Shown: positions 1-10,448, numbered from the stretch's first letter. The stretch is DNA of 64,000 nt from an uncultured Clostridium sp. (GCA_948468275.1 CAOKHI010000002.1:166-64165); one strand, 5' to 3'. Notes: generated from the letters alone by a model not told the origin. A program made the numbers and translations.

Positions 1-1
1 A

Positions 2-460
2 AAAAAATTAGAAATAGTATCAGCACTAGCACACAAACCAAAGTTACTAATATTAGATGAGCCAACAAGTGGATTAGATCCAGTTGTTCGAGCTGAAGTA
101 TTAGATATATTCCAAAAATTCATAGAAGATGAAGAACATTCTATATTATTATCAACACATATAACAAGCGATTTAGAGCATATAGCAGATGAAATTATAT
201 TTATTGATAAAGGAAAAAAAGTGTTACAAAAGTCAAGAGATGAAATAATTGATAACTATGGAATTTTAAAATGTGATATTGATTATTTTTCAAATATTGA
301 TAAAAAAGACATTGTAGCATATAAGAAAACAAAATATGCTTATGAAATATTAGTTAGCGATAAGGAACAAGCTAGTAGAAAATATAATGGATGTGTAATA
401 GATAAGATTACACTTGAAGATTTAATGTTATTAGTGATTAAGGGGGAAAAGATATGTTAG
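2..460 (+). CDS. ABC transporter ATP-binding protein, C-terminal part (5' end outside window)
   Basis: Frame 2 reads ...LAHKPKLLILDEPTSGLDPVVR... (signature/Walker B region), continuous with the 221..460 ORF. Overlaps the downstream permease start. Confidence 0.85.
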   Translation, partial: KKLEIVSALAHKPKLLILDEPTSGLDPVVRAEVLDIFQKFIEDEEHSILLSTHITSDLEHIADEIIFIDKGKKVLQKSRDEIIDNYGILKCDIDYFSNIDKKDIVAYKKTKYAYEILVSDKEQASRKYNGCVIDKITLEDLMLLVIKGEKIC

Positions 461-1086
461 GGTTAATAAAAAAAGATTTTTTACTTATAAAAGCAAATTC
501 AAAATCAATGATAATTATATTTATAATTTATTTAATGATGGCATTTCAAGGAACCTTTGATGTTACATTTATAGTTCCACTAATTGGAATCATGTTATTT
601 ATATCAACATTTAGTTATGATGATTTTAATAACTGGAACTCTTATGCAGTAACCTTGCCAGATGGAAGAAAAAATGTAGTTAGAGCAAAATATATAGCAT
701 CAATAATTCTAACAATTATATTAGGAATAGTATCTTTGGCTATAGGAGTAGGAATAGATTATGCTAAAACAAATAGTATAAATTTAGATGAAACTATATC
801 ATCATTAATGGAAACAGTATTGTCAAGTGTTATTATAATTTCATTACTTTATCCAATAGTATTCAAATTTGGAGCAACAAATGGAAGAATAATATTATTT
901 GCAGTAGTATTTGGAATAGCAGGAATAGGAGCTTTAATTTCTCAATTTGTAGATATGACTTATATTATAAATATGATAAATGGATTAGACAGCTATTCAC
1001 TTATAGCAATTCCAATAATTTCTGTAATATTACTAGGTATCTCATATCTAATATCAAACAAAATATATCAAAGCAAAGAATTTTAA
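454..1086 (+). CDS. ABC-2 type transporter permease
   Basis: 210 aa, multiple hydrophobic segments, translationally coupled (7 nt overlap) to the ABC ATPase. Confidence 0.7.
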   Translation: MLGLIKKDFLLIKANSKSMIIIFIIYLMMAFQGTFDVTFIVPLIGIMLFISTFSYDDFNNWNSYAVTLPDGRKNVVRAKYIASIILTIILGIVSLAIGVGIDYAKTNSINLDETISSLMETVLSSVIIISLLYPIVFKFGATNGRIILFAVVFGIAGIGALISQFVDMTYIINMINGLDSYSLIAIPIISVILLGISYLISNKIYQSKEF

Positions 1087-1156
1087 GAATATAACCTACG
1101 AAAGTAGTCTATATATAGAAACTCTAAACAAAACATTTTTTGAAGGAGGAATCATT

Positions 1157-1402
1157 ATGAATAGGAAGTTATCCTATGATGGAAAAGAATTACACGAAAT
1201 GACACAAGAAGAATTGAAAGAGCAAGCAGAAACTAACAAAAAGCGAATTGTTCGTAATAATTTATTTGTTGCAACAATTACAGGAGTAAGTCTATTCGCT
1301 TTTCCACCAGCAGCATTGCTTACACTTGGTGTAGGTGTAGTTAGGAGAAACTGGATACTAGAAAATAATAAGGAAATCCAGAAAGAACTCAACAATAGGT
1401 AA
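1157..1402 (+). CDS. small membrane protein, unknown function
   Basis: 81 aa ORF with GGAGG RBS 7 nt upstream, one hydrophobic hairpin (FVATITGVSLFAFPPAALLTLGVGVV), followed by a terminator. Confidence 0.5.
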   Translation: MNRKLSYDGKELHEMTQEELKEQAETNKKRIVRNNLFVATITGVSLFAFPPAALLTLGVGVVRRNWILENNKEIQKELNNR

Positions 1403-1423
1403 GATAGTTTTTTATTTGTAATG

Positions 1424-1455
1424 AATGAGAGTCTAGCAATAGACTCTCATTTTTT
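1424..1455 (+). terminator. intrinsic terminator
   Basis: aatgagagtct-N6-agactctcatt perfect 11 bp stem followed by TTTTT. Confidence 0.8.
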
Positions 1456-1537
1456 AAAGAATTGAAAAATTGTAGTAATTTGTGTTATAATCATCTTGAG
1501 AAATTACAATAAATCGCTAGGAAGGGAGGAATAATAA

Positions 1538-2395
1538 CTGAACTTTAAAGAATACGGAGATAACAGTAAAGATACAATAATGCTATTACATGGTGGTGGT
1601 CTTTCTTGGTGGAATTATGGAGAAGAAGCAGAAAAACTAAAAAATAGTTATCATATTATTCTTCCAATATTAGATGGTCATTCAGAAAGCGATAGAAATT
1701 TTACAAGTATAGAAGATAATGCACAAGAAATTGTAGAGTATATAATTAATAATTATAATGGTCATATTCGTTTAATAGGAGGATTATCTTTAGGAGGACA
1801 AATTCTTTTAGAAATTTTATCAAAAAAAGAAGATATTTGTGATTATGCTATTGTTGAAAGTGCATTAGCAATTCCTATGAAAGCAACATATAAAATGATT
1901 AGACCAGCTTTTTCTATGAGTTATGGACTAATATCGAAAAAATGGTTTTCACAAATGCAATTTAAGTCTTTAAAAATAAGAGAAGATTTATTTAATGAAT
2001 ATTATAGAGATACTTGTAAAATTAGTAAGGAAGATATGATTGCTTTTATGGAAGCAAACTCAAAATATGAAATTAAAGATTCTTTATCAAGTACAAAAGC
2101 AAAAGTTTTAGTAGTTGTAGGAGATAAAGAAAGACCAATAATGAAAAAATCAGCGAGTATAATTCATCAAAAGATAAATGAAAGTAGAATGGAAGTATTA
2201 CCTAACTATTATCATGGAGATTTTAGTATAAATAATCCCCAACAATATGTTATAGCAATTAACGAGCTTATTGCTAATAGAGATAGAATCTTGAAAAGCA
2301 AGTCAGTTAGTAATACTGGAACAAAATTTGAAAGTAAGCAAATACAATTAGAAGAAAGAAATAGAACAAATACAAAATTTTTAGATGAAAGATAA
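1538..2395 (+). CDS. alpha/beta hydrolase
   Basis: LLHGGG oxyanion-type motif and GGLSLGG nucleophile elbow. ORF is open from CTG 1538 (RBS gaagggagga 1521-1530). First ATG is 1580, inside the conserved N-terminus. Confidence 0.75.
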   Translation: MNFKEYGDNSKDTIMLLHGGGLSWWNYGEEAEKLKNSYHIILPILDGHSESDRNFTSIEDNAQEIVEYIINNYNGHIRLIGGLSLGGQILLEILSKKEDICDYAIVESALAIPMKATYKMIRPAFSMSYGLISKKWFSQMQFKSLKIREDLFNEYYRDTCKISKEDMIAFMEANSKYEIKDSLSSTKAKVLVVVGDKERPIMKKSASIIHQKINESRMEVLPNYYHGDFSINNPQQYVIAINELIANRDRILKSKSVSNTGTKFESKQIQLEERNRTNTKFLDER

Positions 2396-2716
2396 ATTTA
2401 ATTTATAATGGAGATATATTTTCAAATATAAGAAAGTATATCTTTTTTTAATAGAATTTTCAAAAGTTGTTGTATAAAAAGTAAACCAAAAATGTAGCAA
2501 ATCCTTATGCTACAAGACATTCTGAAAAAAATATTAATAAATTTTGTATGAATAGAAACATCTAATAGTGTGAAAACATTATTTGGTGTTCTTTTTTTGT
2601 GCTTTTTTAAGACATTAATATTTACAAATATACTTACTATAAGTGTCATACCAAGTCATTTCCTCTAATATTCTGTATTAGAATACTTTGACAAAAATAT
2701 AGGAGTTGATGCCAAT

Positions 2717-2863
2717 GTGAAGAAAGATAAACAAACTATAAAAGCAGATAAATTAGAATTTAATACATATTGTATTTTTACAGAAGAAAAACAAGATGTG
2801 AAAGAAACAGTAGGGCTAATTTTTAAAGATTATATTGAAAAATTAAAAACGGATAAAAGGTAA
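2717..2863 (+). CDS. small hypothetical protein upstream of serine recombinase
   Basis: 48 codon GTG ORF with taggag RBS. An ORF of similar size, position and charge sits upstream of the LSR at 51298..51435. Confidence 0.3.
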   Translation: MKKDKQTIKADKLEFNTYCIFTEEKQDVKETVGLIFKDYIEKLKTDKR

Positions 2864-2948
2864 CCTTTACGAAAATGAAATAATATTTGCAAATTGAAAC
2901 AGAGCACGTTAAAATAGTACTTGTAGATGATTACGGATAGGAGGGTAG

Positions 2949-4612
2949 ATGTTAGATTTAAAAGTCCAAAACTTCAAAGTACGGACTATATATAAGACTA
3001 TCTAGAGAAGATGGCGACAAGCAAGAAAGTGAAAGTATCGGTAATCAAAGAAATATTTTGCAAAGATATGTAAAAGAGAATAATTTAACGCAAGTTAAAG
3101 AATACATTGATGATGGTATATCTGGAACTACATTTGACAGACCTGGATTTAATGAAATGCTACAAGACATTGAAAATAAAAGTATTAATATGGTAATAAC
3201 AAAAGATTTATCAAGACTTGGAAGAGATTATATTAAAACGGGACATTACATAGAAAATTACTTTCCACAAAACAACATAAGGTATGTTGCAATAACAGAT
3301 GGAATAGACACCTATATTGATAGCACAAATAACGATATAACGCCTTTTAAAGCAATTATGAATGACTATTATGCTAAAGATATATCTAAGAAAATTAGAA
3401 GTGTGTATAAGGAAAAACAAAGACAAGGCGAATATCTATGTAGTACTCCAGCATATCGGATATAATAGGCATCCTACAATCAAAAATAAACTAATTATTG
3501 ATGAAAAGGTAAAAGGCATTGTAGAGAAAATATTTGATATGTATACACATGGACATGGAAGTGTAGAAATAGTAAATTACTTAAATTCCAACAAATACTT
3601 ATCTCCTACTGGTTATAGAAAAACTGATATTATACAAGATGAGAATAAAACAAACTATGACTGGAATGAGGTTACCTTATGCAATATGTTAAAAAACGAA
3701 GTGTATATTGGAAATACAGTCCAAAATAAGAAATCCGTTGTTTCATACAAAGTACATAAAATAAGAACTGTTGAAAAGGAAAATCAAATAAGAGTTGACA
3801 ATACACATGAATCTATTATCGACAAAGACACCTTTGAAAAAGTACAATGTATTCTTGAAAAAAGAGGAACAAATAAAAAACTCAAATATGATTACTTATT
3901 AAGGGGATTACTTTACTGTTATCATTGCAAAAGAAAACTGCAAATCGTGCTTAAGAAAAATTCAAGAAGAAACGCACAATCACATCCATATATAATATGT
4001 GCAGACTATAAAAAAAGAGGTTGTTTTCCATTAAGTATTAATTATGAAAAGTTTGAAAAGCATATTATGTATGTTGTAAAAAAAATCTGTCAGATATATG
4101 CAGACAAAGAAATTTTTTATAGTGTTTATGAAAAATTTCAAAACAAAACACTTGATATTCGAGATGGATATAAGAAGAAATTAGAACAAATTGATAAGGC
4201 TATATTGGATATAAATAACAACTTAGACAAAATGTATATGGATAAATTACAAGGCATCATTCTTGAAGAAGATTACATTAGAGTATCACAAAAATTCATA
4301 TTTGACAGAACAAACCTAATGAAACAAAAAGAAGAACTAGAACAAAAACTAATTGGAGTAGAAGAAAAAGTAAGTACTAAAAATAAAACAAAAGAAGAAA
4401 AAGAATTAGATGAACTAATAGAAAACTTTTTAAAATTAGAGCAAATTGATAAAATGTATTTATACAGACTAATTAACAAAATTGAGATTGACAAAGATAA
4501 AAATGTATACATATATTTTAACTTTTCAAAACTAAATTCTATTAATGAAAATCTAGATGAATTTATCAAAATTGAAGAATTAATTAGTGAGAAATCTTTA
4601 AAGATAAGTTAG
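2949..4612 (+). pseudogene. large serine recombinase (LSR-1), two +1 frame breaks
   Basis: YIRLSREDGD catalytic Ser motif, DDGISGTTFDRPGF, LSRLGRDY, recombinase and zinc-ribbon (CYHC...C) regions, coiled-coil tail. Frame broken by an extra C at 2982 and at 3457. Confidence 0.85.
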
Positions 4613-4675
4613 AGAAATTTTTAACATGCACACTCAAGTTGCTATTTAGAATATAGATAGTAGAGGTGAAAAAAG

Positions 4676-5620
4676 ATGAATTATGATTATTATACTTCAA
4701 ACAATAATGGACAGGATGATTATGGACTAAAATACATAGACCATCAAGGGTATGGTAGAATATGTAAAGACTATAGAATAGAGTTTCCACTACAACATCA
4801 AGATAAACAACCAGGAATGGAATACTTAATGACACCAAGACCTATATTTAATAATCCATATTACAGGCCAGCTAGAAAACTATATAATAAAGTTGCAATC
4901 ATAACAGGAGGAGATTCTGGAATTGGAAGAGCCACAGCAGTTGGATTTGTAAAAGAAGGAGCAACCGTTGTAATTGTCTATTATGATGAACATAAAGATG
5001 CCCAAGAAACAAAAGAATTCGTTGAAAAAATGGGAGGAACATGTTTATTACTTGCAGGAGATATAAAAGATATTAATTTCTGTGATAAAATTGTAGAAGA
5101 AACAATAAAAACATTTGGGAAAATTGATATATTAGTAAATAATGCAGGAGTACAATATCAACAAAAAAGCTTGTTAGATATTACAGATGAACAATTCGAT
5201 TTAACTATGAAAACCAATATATATTCTATGTTTTATTTAACAAAAAGAGCATTAAAACACATGAAATCAGGAGCAAGTATTATAAATGTAACATCAATTA
5301 CAACATTTAAAGGAGAGCCAGAACTAATAGATTATGTAACAAGTAAAGGAGCAATTGTAGGTTTTACAAGATCACTTGCTACTAATTTAGCAGATAAAAA
5401 TATAAGAGTAAATGCAGTTTCACCTGGTGTATTTTGGACTCCATTACAACCAGCATGTTGGGAAGCAGAAAAAATACCAACACTCGGTTCAGATGCACCA
5501 ATGGGAAGAGCAGGGCACCCTTATGAAATAGCACCACTATTTATATACTTAGCAAGTGATGATTCATCCTACGTTACAGGTCAAGTAATGCATATAAATG
5601 GAGGAGAGTACAAAGGGTAA
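4676..5620 (+). CDS. SDR family oxidoreductase (YhdF/YghA-like)
   Basis: TGGDSGIGRA Rossmann motif, NNAG, YxxxK (YVTSKGA), 314 aa, good RBS. Confidence 0.9.
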   Translation: MNYDYYTSNNNGQDDYGLKYIDHQGYGRICKDYRIEFPLQHQDKQPGMEYLMTPRPIFNNPYYRPARKLYNKVAIITGGDSGIGRATAVGFVKEGATVVIVYYDEHKDAQETKEFVEKMGGTCLLLAGDIKDINFCDKIVEETIKTFGKIDILVNNAGVQYQQKSLLDITDEQFDLTMKTNIYSMFYLTKRALKHMKSGASIINVTSITTFKGEPELIDYVTSKGAIVGFTRSLATNLADKNIRVNAVSPGVFWTPLQPACWEAEKIPTLGSDAPMGRAGHPYEIAPLFIYLASDDSSYVTGQVMHINGGEYKG

Positions 5621-5632
5621 ATAAAAAACAGA

Positions 5633-5666
5633 CAAAGTCTTGTAAATCAACACCTACAAGACTTTG
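5633..5666. terminator. hairpin between convergent genes
   Basis: caaagtcttgta-N10-tacaagactttg, 12 bp perfect stem. The T-run is on the minus-strand side. The stop codon of the truncated M14 ORF lies inside it. Confidence 0.6.
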
Positions 5667-6307
5667 CAATTTGGTTGGTAAGTTTTTAAATCCACACCTG
5701 TGATATTTGCTTTCCAACCATTTGGAAAAGGAATATCTGGAAAATTATTTGCAATTTTTTCACCTTCAATATATGCTACACTGTTTTTAGATAAATTATT
5801 AGTAACTAAATCAACTCCATCTGGATTAACCATAGGTAGTATGTATAAAGAAGTAGAATTAAATAAATCACGAGCGTTGTAACCATAAATTTTTCCATTT
5901 AAAGTGTATGCAATACAATAGTCTTCAATAAACTTCATAAGAAGTAGTGAAGTTATCCATTCATTTGCATGAAATGAACCATTATAAAAAATCTGTTTTG
6001 AACCAGTGCCTATTTGGATTACTGGTAAATACTTACCAAGTACACTATATCCAATACTACTTGTTTTTAAAAAAGGATAAATACGACTTAATGAATTAAT
6101 ATCTAAAATCATACTATCATAATTATAATTTACATTTGTATTTACAACACTGCCAACAGGAATAATAATTATATTTGAAACTCTTAAATTGTTAGATACA
6201 ATTCCAGGGTTTGCCATTATAATGCTATTTTCTTCTATCCCAAAAGACTTTGCAATTGAATATAAAGTATCTCCATTTTTAATAGTATAGTATGTATAAC
6301 CATTCAT
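5654..6307 (-). pseudogene. LysM + M14 gamma-D-glutamyl-DAP-type peptidase, 3'-truncated
   Basis: LysM (YTIKNGDTLYSIAKSFG), zinc motif HANEW, NPDGVD. ORF ends at GVDL(K) where M14 enzymes continue GVDLNRN. The third Zn ligand and catalytic Glu are missing. Confidence 0.65.
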
Positions 6308-6425
6308 AAAAATCACCAGTAATAGTATATTAAAAAACTATATAAAATGTGTTATCAAATGCTTGACAAAGCATTTTTTTGTGATAAAATGTTAGTTGAA
6401 GCTAACAAAATAAAAAGGAGGAAAT

Positions 6426-7142
6426 ATGCTAGAACTAAAAAATATATGTTTTACAAGAGATAATAAGAAAATATTGGATAATATAAATATTAAAATTGAT
6501 ATAGGTAAATTTATAGCCATTACTGGACCAAATGGTTCTGGAAAGTCTACTCTTGCAAAAATTATTATGGGGATAGAATCGCCTGATGAAGGACAAGTAA
6601 TATTTGATGGGATTGATATTACTAATATGAGTATAGATAAAAGAGCAAAATTAGGAATAGGATTTGCATTTCAACAACCAGTAAAATTTAAAGGAATAAC
6701 AATATATGATTTAATAAAGCTATCTGCTAAAAGAGATATAAATAAGAAAGAAGCATGTGAGATTTTAGCACAAGTAGGTTTGTGTGCAAAAGAATATGTA
6801 GATAGAGAAATAAATTCATTATTATCAGGAGGAGAATTAAAAAGAATAGAAATAGCATCTGTAGTGTCAAAAAAATCTAAACTTACAATATTTGATGAAC
6901 CAGAAGCGGGAATTGATTTGTGGAGTTTTAATAATTTAATAGAGGTATTTGAAAAACTGCAAAATGAAATAGATGGTTCTATATTAATAATTTCTCATCA
7001 AGAAAAAATATTAAATATAGCAGATAAAATTATCCTTATGAAAAATGGAAAAGTTGAAAAAGTAGGATTAAAAGAAGAAGTATTACCAATACTTTTAGAT
7101 AAACCAAAATGTTGCAAACTAAAAGGAGGAACTAATGGATAG
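6426..7142 (+). CDS. sufC: Fe-S cluster assembly ATPase SufC
   Basis: Walker A GPNGSGKST, LSGGELKR signature, FDEPEAGID Walker B. Overlaps the downstream SufB/D gene. Confidence 0.8.
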   Translation: MLELKNICFTRDNKKILDNINIKIDIGKFIAITGPNGSGKSTLAKIIMGIESPDEGQVIFDGIDITNMSIDKRAKLGIGFAFQQPVKFKGITIYDLIKLSAKRDINKKEACEILAQVGLCAKEYVDREINSLLSGGELKRIEIASVVSKKSKLTIFDEPEAGIDLWSFNNLIEVFEKLQNEIDGSILIISHQEKILNIADKIILMKNGKVEKVGLKEEVLPILLDKPKCCKLKGGTNG

Positions 7143-8052
7143 TATAGAAATGAAACTGTTAAGACAGATATCAGATTTAGAAGATAATTTTGTTGGTGCG
7201 TATAATATTAGAAAAGATGGAGAAGGAATAAAGAAGAATATAACTGAAAATGTTAATATAGTGACTAAACAAGATGCTTCTGGAATAGATATATATGTAA
7301 AAGAAAATACAAAATTTGAAGTTATACATATTCCTGTAATTATAACTAAAAGTGGACTAAAAGATGTTGTATACAATGATTTTTATATAGGAAAGAATGC
7401 AAATGTAGCAATAATTGCAGGATGTGGAATACATAATGATCATAATAAAGATTCTGAACATAATGGAATACATAGATTTTTTTTACAAGAAGGTGCAAAA
7501 GTAAAATATATAGAAAAACATTATGGAGAAGGAAATGGAACAGGAAAAAGAATATTAAATCCAATAACTGAGATAGAATTAAAAAAAGGTGCAACATTAG
7601 AAATGGATACAATACAAATTAAAGGAGTAGATTCTACAATAAGAACTACAAAAGCATTGTTAGAAAATGATACAAACTTAATTATAACAGAAAAAGTAAT
7701 GACACACGGTATACAAACTGCTACAACTGAATTCGAAGTGACATTACAAGGAGAGAATTCAAGTACACATGTAACATCAAGATCAGTTGCAACTGAAAGG
7801 TCAAAACAAAAATTCGTTTCTAAAGTATTTGGAAATACAAAATGTTTTGCACATGTAGAATGTGACGCCATAATAAAAGATGTAGCATGTGTACAAGCTA
7901 TTCCAGAAATAATTGCAAATAATGTAAATGCAAATCTAATTCATGAAGCAGCAATAGGAAAAATTGCAGGAGAACAATTAATAAAGTTAATGACACTAGG
8001 ACTTAGTGAAAAAGAAGCGGAAGAAACTATTATAAATGGTTTTTTAAAGTAG
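7135..8052 (+). CDS. SufB/SufD family Fe-S assembly protein (short form)
   Basis: 305 aa beta-helix-like repeats. C-terminus HEAAIGKIAGEQLIKLMTLGLSEKEAEETIINGF is typical of SufB/D. Coupled to sufC. Confidence 0.7.
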   Translation: MDSIEMKLLRQISDLEDNFVGAYNIRKDGEGIKKNITENVNIVTKQDASGIDIYVKENTKFEVIHIPVIITKSGLKDVVYNDFYIGKNANVAIIAGCGIHNDHNKDSEHNGIHRFFLQEGAKVKYIEKHYGEGNGTGKRILNPITEIELKKGATLEMDTIQIKGVDSTIRTTKALLENDTNLIITEKVMTHGIQTATTEFEVTLQGENSSTHVTSRSVATERSKQKFVSKVFGNTKCFAHVECDAIIKDVACVQAIPEIIANNVNANLIHEAAIGKIAGEQLIKLMTLGLSEKEAEETIINGFLK

Positions 8053-8065
8053 TAAGATTACATAA

Positions 8066-8094
8066 TTGATTTTTGTATTAAAATTTGTTATAAT
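8066..8094 (+). promoter_or_regulatory. sigma-A type promoter of multi-HTH gene 1
   Basis: TTGATT -35, 17 nt spacer, extended -10 TGtTATAAT. The block is repeated almost verbatim upstream of the two paralogs. Confidence 0.6.
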
Positions 8095-8123
8095 TAGTTT
8101 ACAAAAAATATTGGAGGTATGGT

Positions 8124-8900
8124 ATGAGTACAATAACAGAAGTAACTAAACAAAAACGGTTAAGAAAAGAGGAGGAATTAAAACAAGATTTAATACATTC
8201 ATCTAAAACAATTCAAATGCAAATTATCTTGAAAAGTAGCGAAATTAATTATGATCAACCAATAGGACAGATAATAAGACAAGCAAGGGAAATGCAAGGT
8301 CTTACATGTAAAGAACTATCAAAATTAAGCAATATATCTAAGGATCAAATAGATAATATTGAATCAGGTAGAACTAAGCAACCACAGTTAAATACTATAA
8401 GAAGGTTATTCCAAGCGCTAAAGCTAGATAGAGAAAAACTTATTTCGAAAGGTAAAGAAATTAACTATGACTTACCATTTGGACAACTAATAAAACAAGC
8501 AAGGGAAATTCAAGGTATTACGTGTAGAGAACTTTCAGAATTAATCGATGCATCTGAGAATCAAATACATAATATTGAATCAGGTAGAACTAAGCAACCA
8601 CGGTTAGATACTATAAGAAGGTTAATCCAAGCTCTAAAGTTAGATAGAGAAAAAGTTATATCAAAAGGTAACGAAATTAACTATGACTTACCATTAGGAC
8701 AAATAATAAAACAAGCAAGGGAAATGCAAGCTCTTACACTTAAAGAACTATCAGAAATAAGTGAGATATCTATATCTCAAATATATAGTATTGAATCAAG
8801 TACGACAAAACGTCCAAATTCATATACCATAATAAAGTTAACACAAGCTCTAAATTTAGAATTAGATCTTGTACTATATGTGCTAAATACCAAATGCTAA
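8124..8900 (+). CDS. protein with 3 tandem XRE-type HTH modules
   Basis: About 40 aa leader, then 3 units of about 72 aa (INYDxPxGQIIKQAREMQGLTCKELSELSxISxxQIxxIESGRTKQPxLDTIxRLxQALKLDxEKLISKGNE). Confidence 0.85.
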   Translation: MSTITEVTKQKRLRKEEELKQDLIHSSKTIQMQIILKSSEINYDQPIGQIIRQAREMQGLTCKELSKLSNISKDQIDNIESGRTKQPQLNTIRRLFQALKLDREKLISKGKEINYDLPFGQLIKQAREIQGITCRELSELIDASENQIHNIESGRTKQPRLDTIRRLIQALKLDREKVISKGNEINYDLPLGQIIKQAREMQALTLKELSEISEISISQIYSIESSTTKRPNSYTIIKLTQALNLELDLVLYVLNTKC

Positions 8901-8916
8901 CAACAAAAAATTTTTT

Positions 8917-8963
8917 ACGAACTAAAACAACCTTACAAGAATTTGGAGGTTGTTTTAGTTCGT
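8917..8963 (+). terminator. long hairpin terminator, copy 1
   Basis: acgaactaaaacaacct-N13-aggttgttttagttcgt, 17 bp stem. The same element follows all three paralogs. Confidence 0.6.
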
Positions 8964-9058
8964 ATATTTATTGGAAAAAGATAATTAACATTTGCTTAAT
9001 TCAAAAAAAGAGTGGTTTTTTTTAGTGGTTAGGCTATTAAGCAGTAAAGATTACATAA

Positions 9059-9087
9059 TTGATTTTTGTGTTAAAATTTGTTATAAT
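9059..9087 (+). promoter_or_regulatory. promoter of multi-HTH gene 2
   Basis: Same TTGATT / TGtTATAAT block as at 8066. Confidence 0.6.
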
Positions 9088-9116
9088 TAGTTTACAAAAA
9101 ATATTGGAGGTATGGT

Positions 9117-10095
9117 ATGAGTACAATAACAGAAGTAACTAAACAAAAACGGTCAAAAAAGGAGGAATTAAAAAAAGATCTAATACTTTTATCTAGACCA
9201 ATTCAAATGCAAGTTACCTTGCAAAATAGCGAAATTAATTATGACCAACCATTAGGACAGATAATAAGACAAGCAAGGGAAATGCAAGGTGTTACACGTA
9301 AAAAACTATCAGAATTAAGCGATATATCTGAGGATCAAATACTTAATATTGAATCAGGTAGAACTAAGCAACCATATTTAGATACTATAATAAGGTTAAC
9401 AAAAGCTCTAAATTTAGATAGTAAAAGACTTATTTCGAAAGGTAAAGAAATTAACTATGACTTACCAATAGGACAAATAATAAAACAAGCAAGGGAAATA
9501 CAAGGCCTTACGTGTGAGAAGCTGTCAGAAATAAGTGAGATATCTAAGAGTCAAACATATAGTATTGAATCAGGTAAGACAAAAAAACCAAAGTTAGATA
9601 CCATAATAAAGTTAATACAAGTTCTAAATCTAGATAGTAAAAGAGTTATTTCGAAATATAACGAAATTAACTATGACTTACCAGTAGGACAAATAATAAG
9701 ACAAGCAAGGGAAATGCAAGGTCTTACATGTAAGAAGCTATCAGAAATAAGTGAGGTATCTACAGCTCAAATATATAGTATTGAATTATGTAAGACAAAG
9801 TGTCCAAGATCATCTACCTTAATAAAGTTAACACAAGCTTTAAATCTAGATGTTGAAAAACTCATTTTGAAATGTAATGAAATTAATTATGACTTACAAG
9901 TAGGACAAATAATAAGACAAGCAAGGTCTTACGTGTAAGAAGCTGTCAGAAATAAGTGAGATATCTATGGTTCAAATATTTAGTATTGAATCAGGTAGAA
10001 CAAGAAAACCAAAGTTAGATACCATAATAAAGTTAACACGAGCTCTAAATTTAGAATTAGATCTTGTACTATATGTGCTAAATACCAAATACTAA
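9117..10095 (+). pseudogene. protein with 4 tandem XRE-type HTH modules, frameshifted in module 4
   Basis: Identical architecture to the neighbours. At 9926/9927 an 11 bp unit (gacaagcaagg, present at the homologous site near 12170) is missing. The last module continues in another frame to TAA 10093-10095. Confidence 0.8.
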
Positions 10096-10122
10096 AAACA
10101 AAAAAATTTTTTACGAACTAAA

Positions 10123-10159
10123 ACAACCTTACAAGAATTTGGAGGTTGTTTTAGTTCGT
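10123..10159 (+). terminator. long hairpin terminator, copy 2
   Basis: Same stem as 8917..8963. Confidence 0.6.
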
Positions 10160-10256
10160 ATATTTATTGGAAAAAGATAATTAACATTTGCTTAATTCAA
10201 AAAAAGAGTGTTTTTTTTAGTGGTTAGACTATTAAGCAGTAGTAAGATTGCATAAT

Positions 10257-10448
10257 GTCAATGATTTACGAATATTTCACCATATATGTTCTTGGCATTG
10301 GGTCTCTATAAATATGTTTTATTAGCCATTAGGAGCAAGCATTATAATTTTATAAATGGCTTGCCCTTATGCATAATGCTAACATATTTATTCTCAATAT
10401 CAAGAAATCGTTTCACTCATATAGGGTGAAATATTTATAAATAAAATA
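10257..10448. mobile_element. MITE-like 192 bp insertion with subterminal inverted repeats
   Basis: aatatttcaccatata (10271-10286) vs tatagggtgaaatatt (10420-10435). Flanked by a 20 bp direct repeat, cagtagtaagatt[g/a]cataat, at 10237-10256 and 10449-10468. Absent from the equivalent spacers of copies 1 and 2. Confidence 0.45.

Noticed and set aside
1174-1395. Antisense/shadow ORFs in the six-frame track. Examples: 1174-1395, 3211-3426, 4273-4569, 4584-4838, 7119-7871, 13201-13488, 23827-25002, 27053-27349, 28266-28991, 33249-33976, 36209-36484, 37265-37964, 42384-42662, 43186-43476, 62074-62884.
   Set aside because: They lie opposite well-supported genes, have no RBS, and show low-complexity Leu/Phe/Ile/Ser-rich translations typical of AT-rich antisense frames.
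2640-2720. Possible attL for the LSR-1 cassette (tattagaata vs tatttagaata at about 4653).
   Set aside because: The match is only about 10 nt of AT-rich sequence, with no inverted arms comparable to those of elements A and B. It is not distinguishable from chance.
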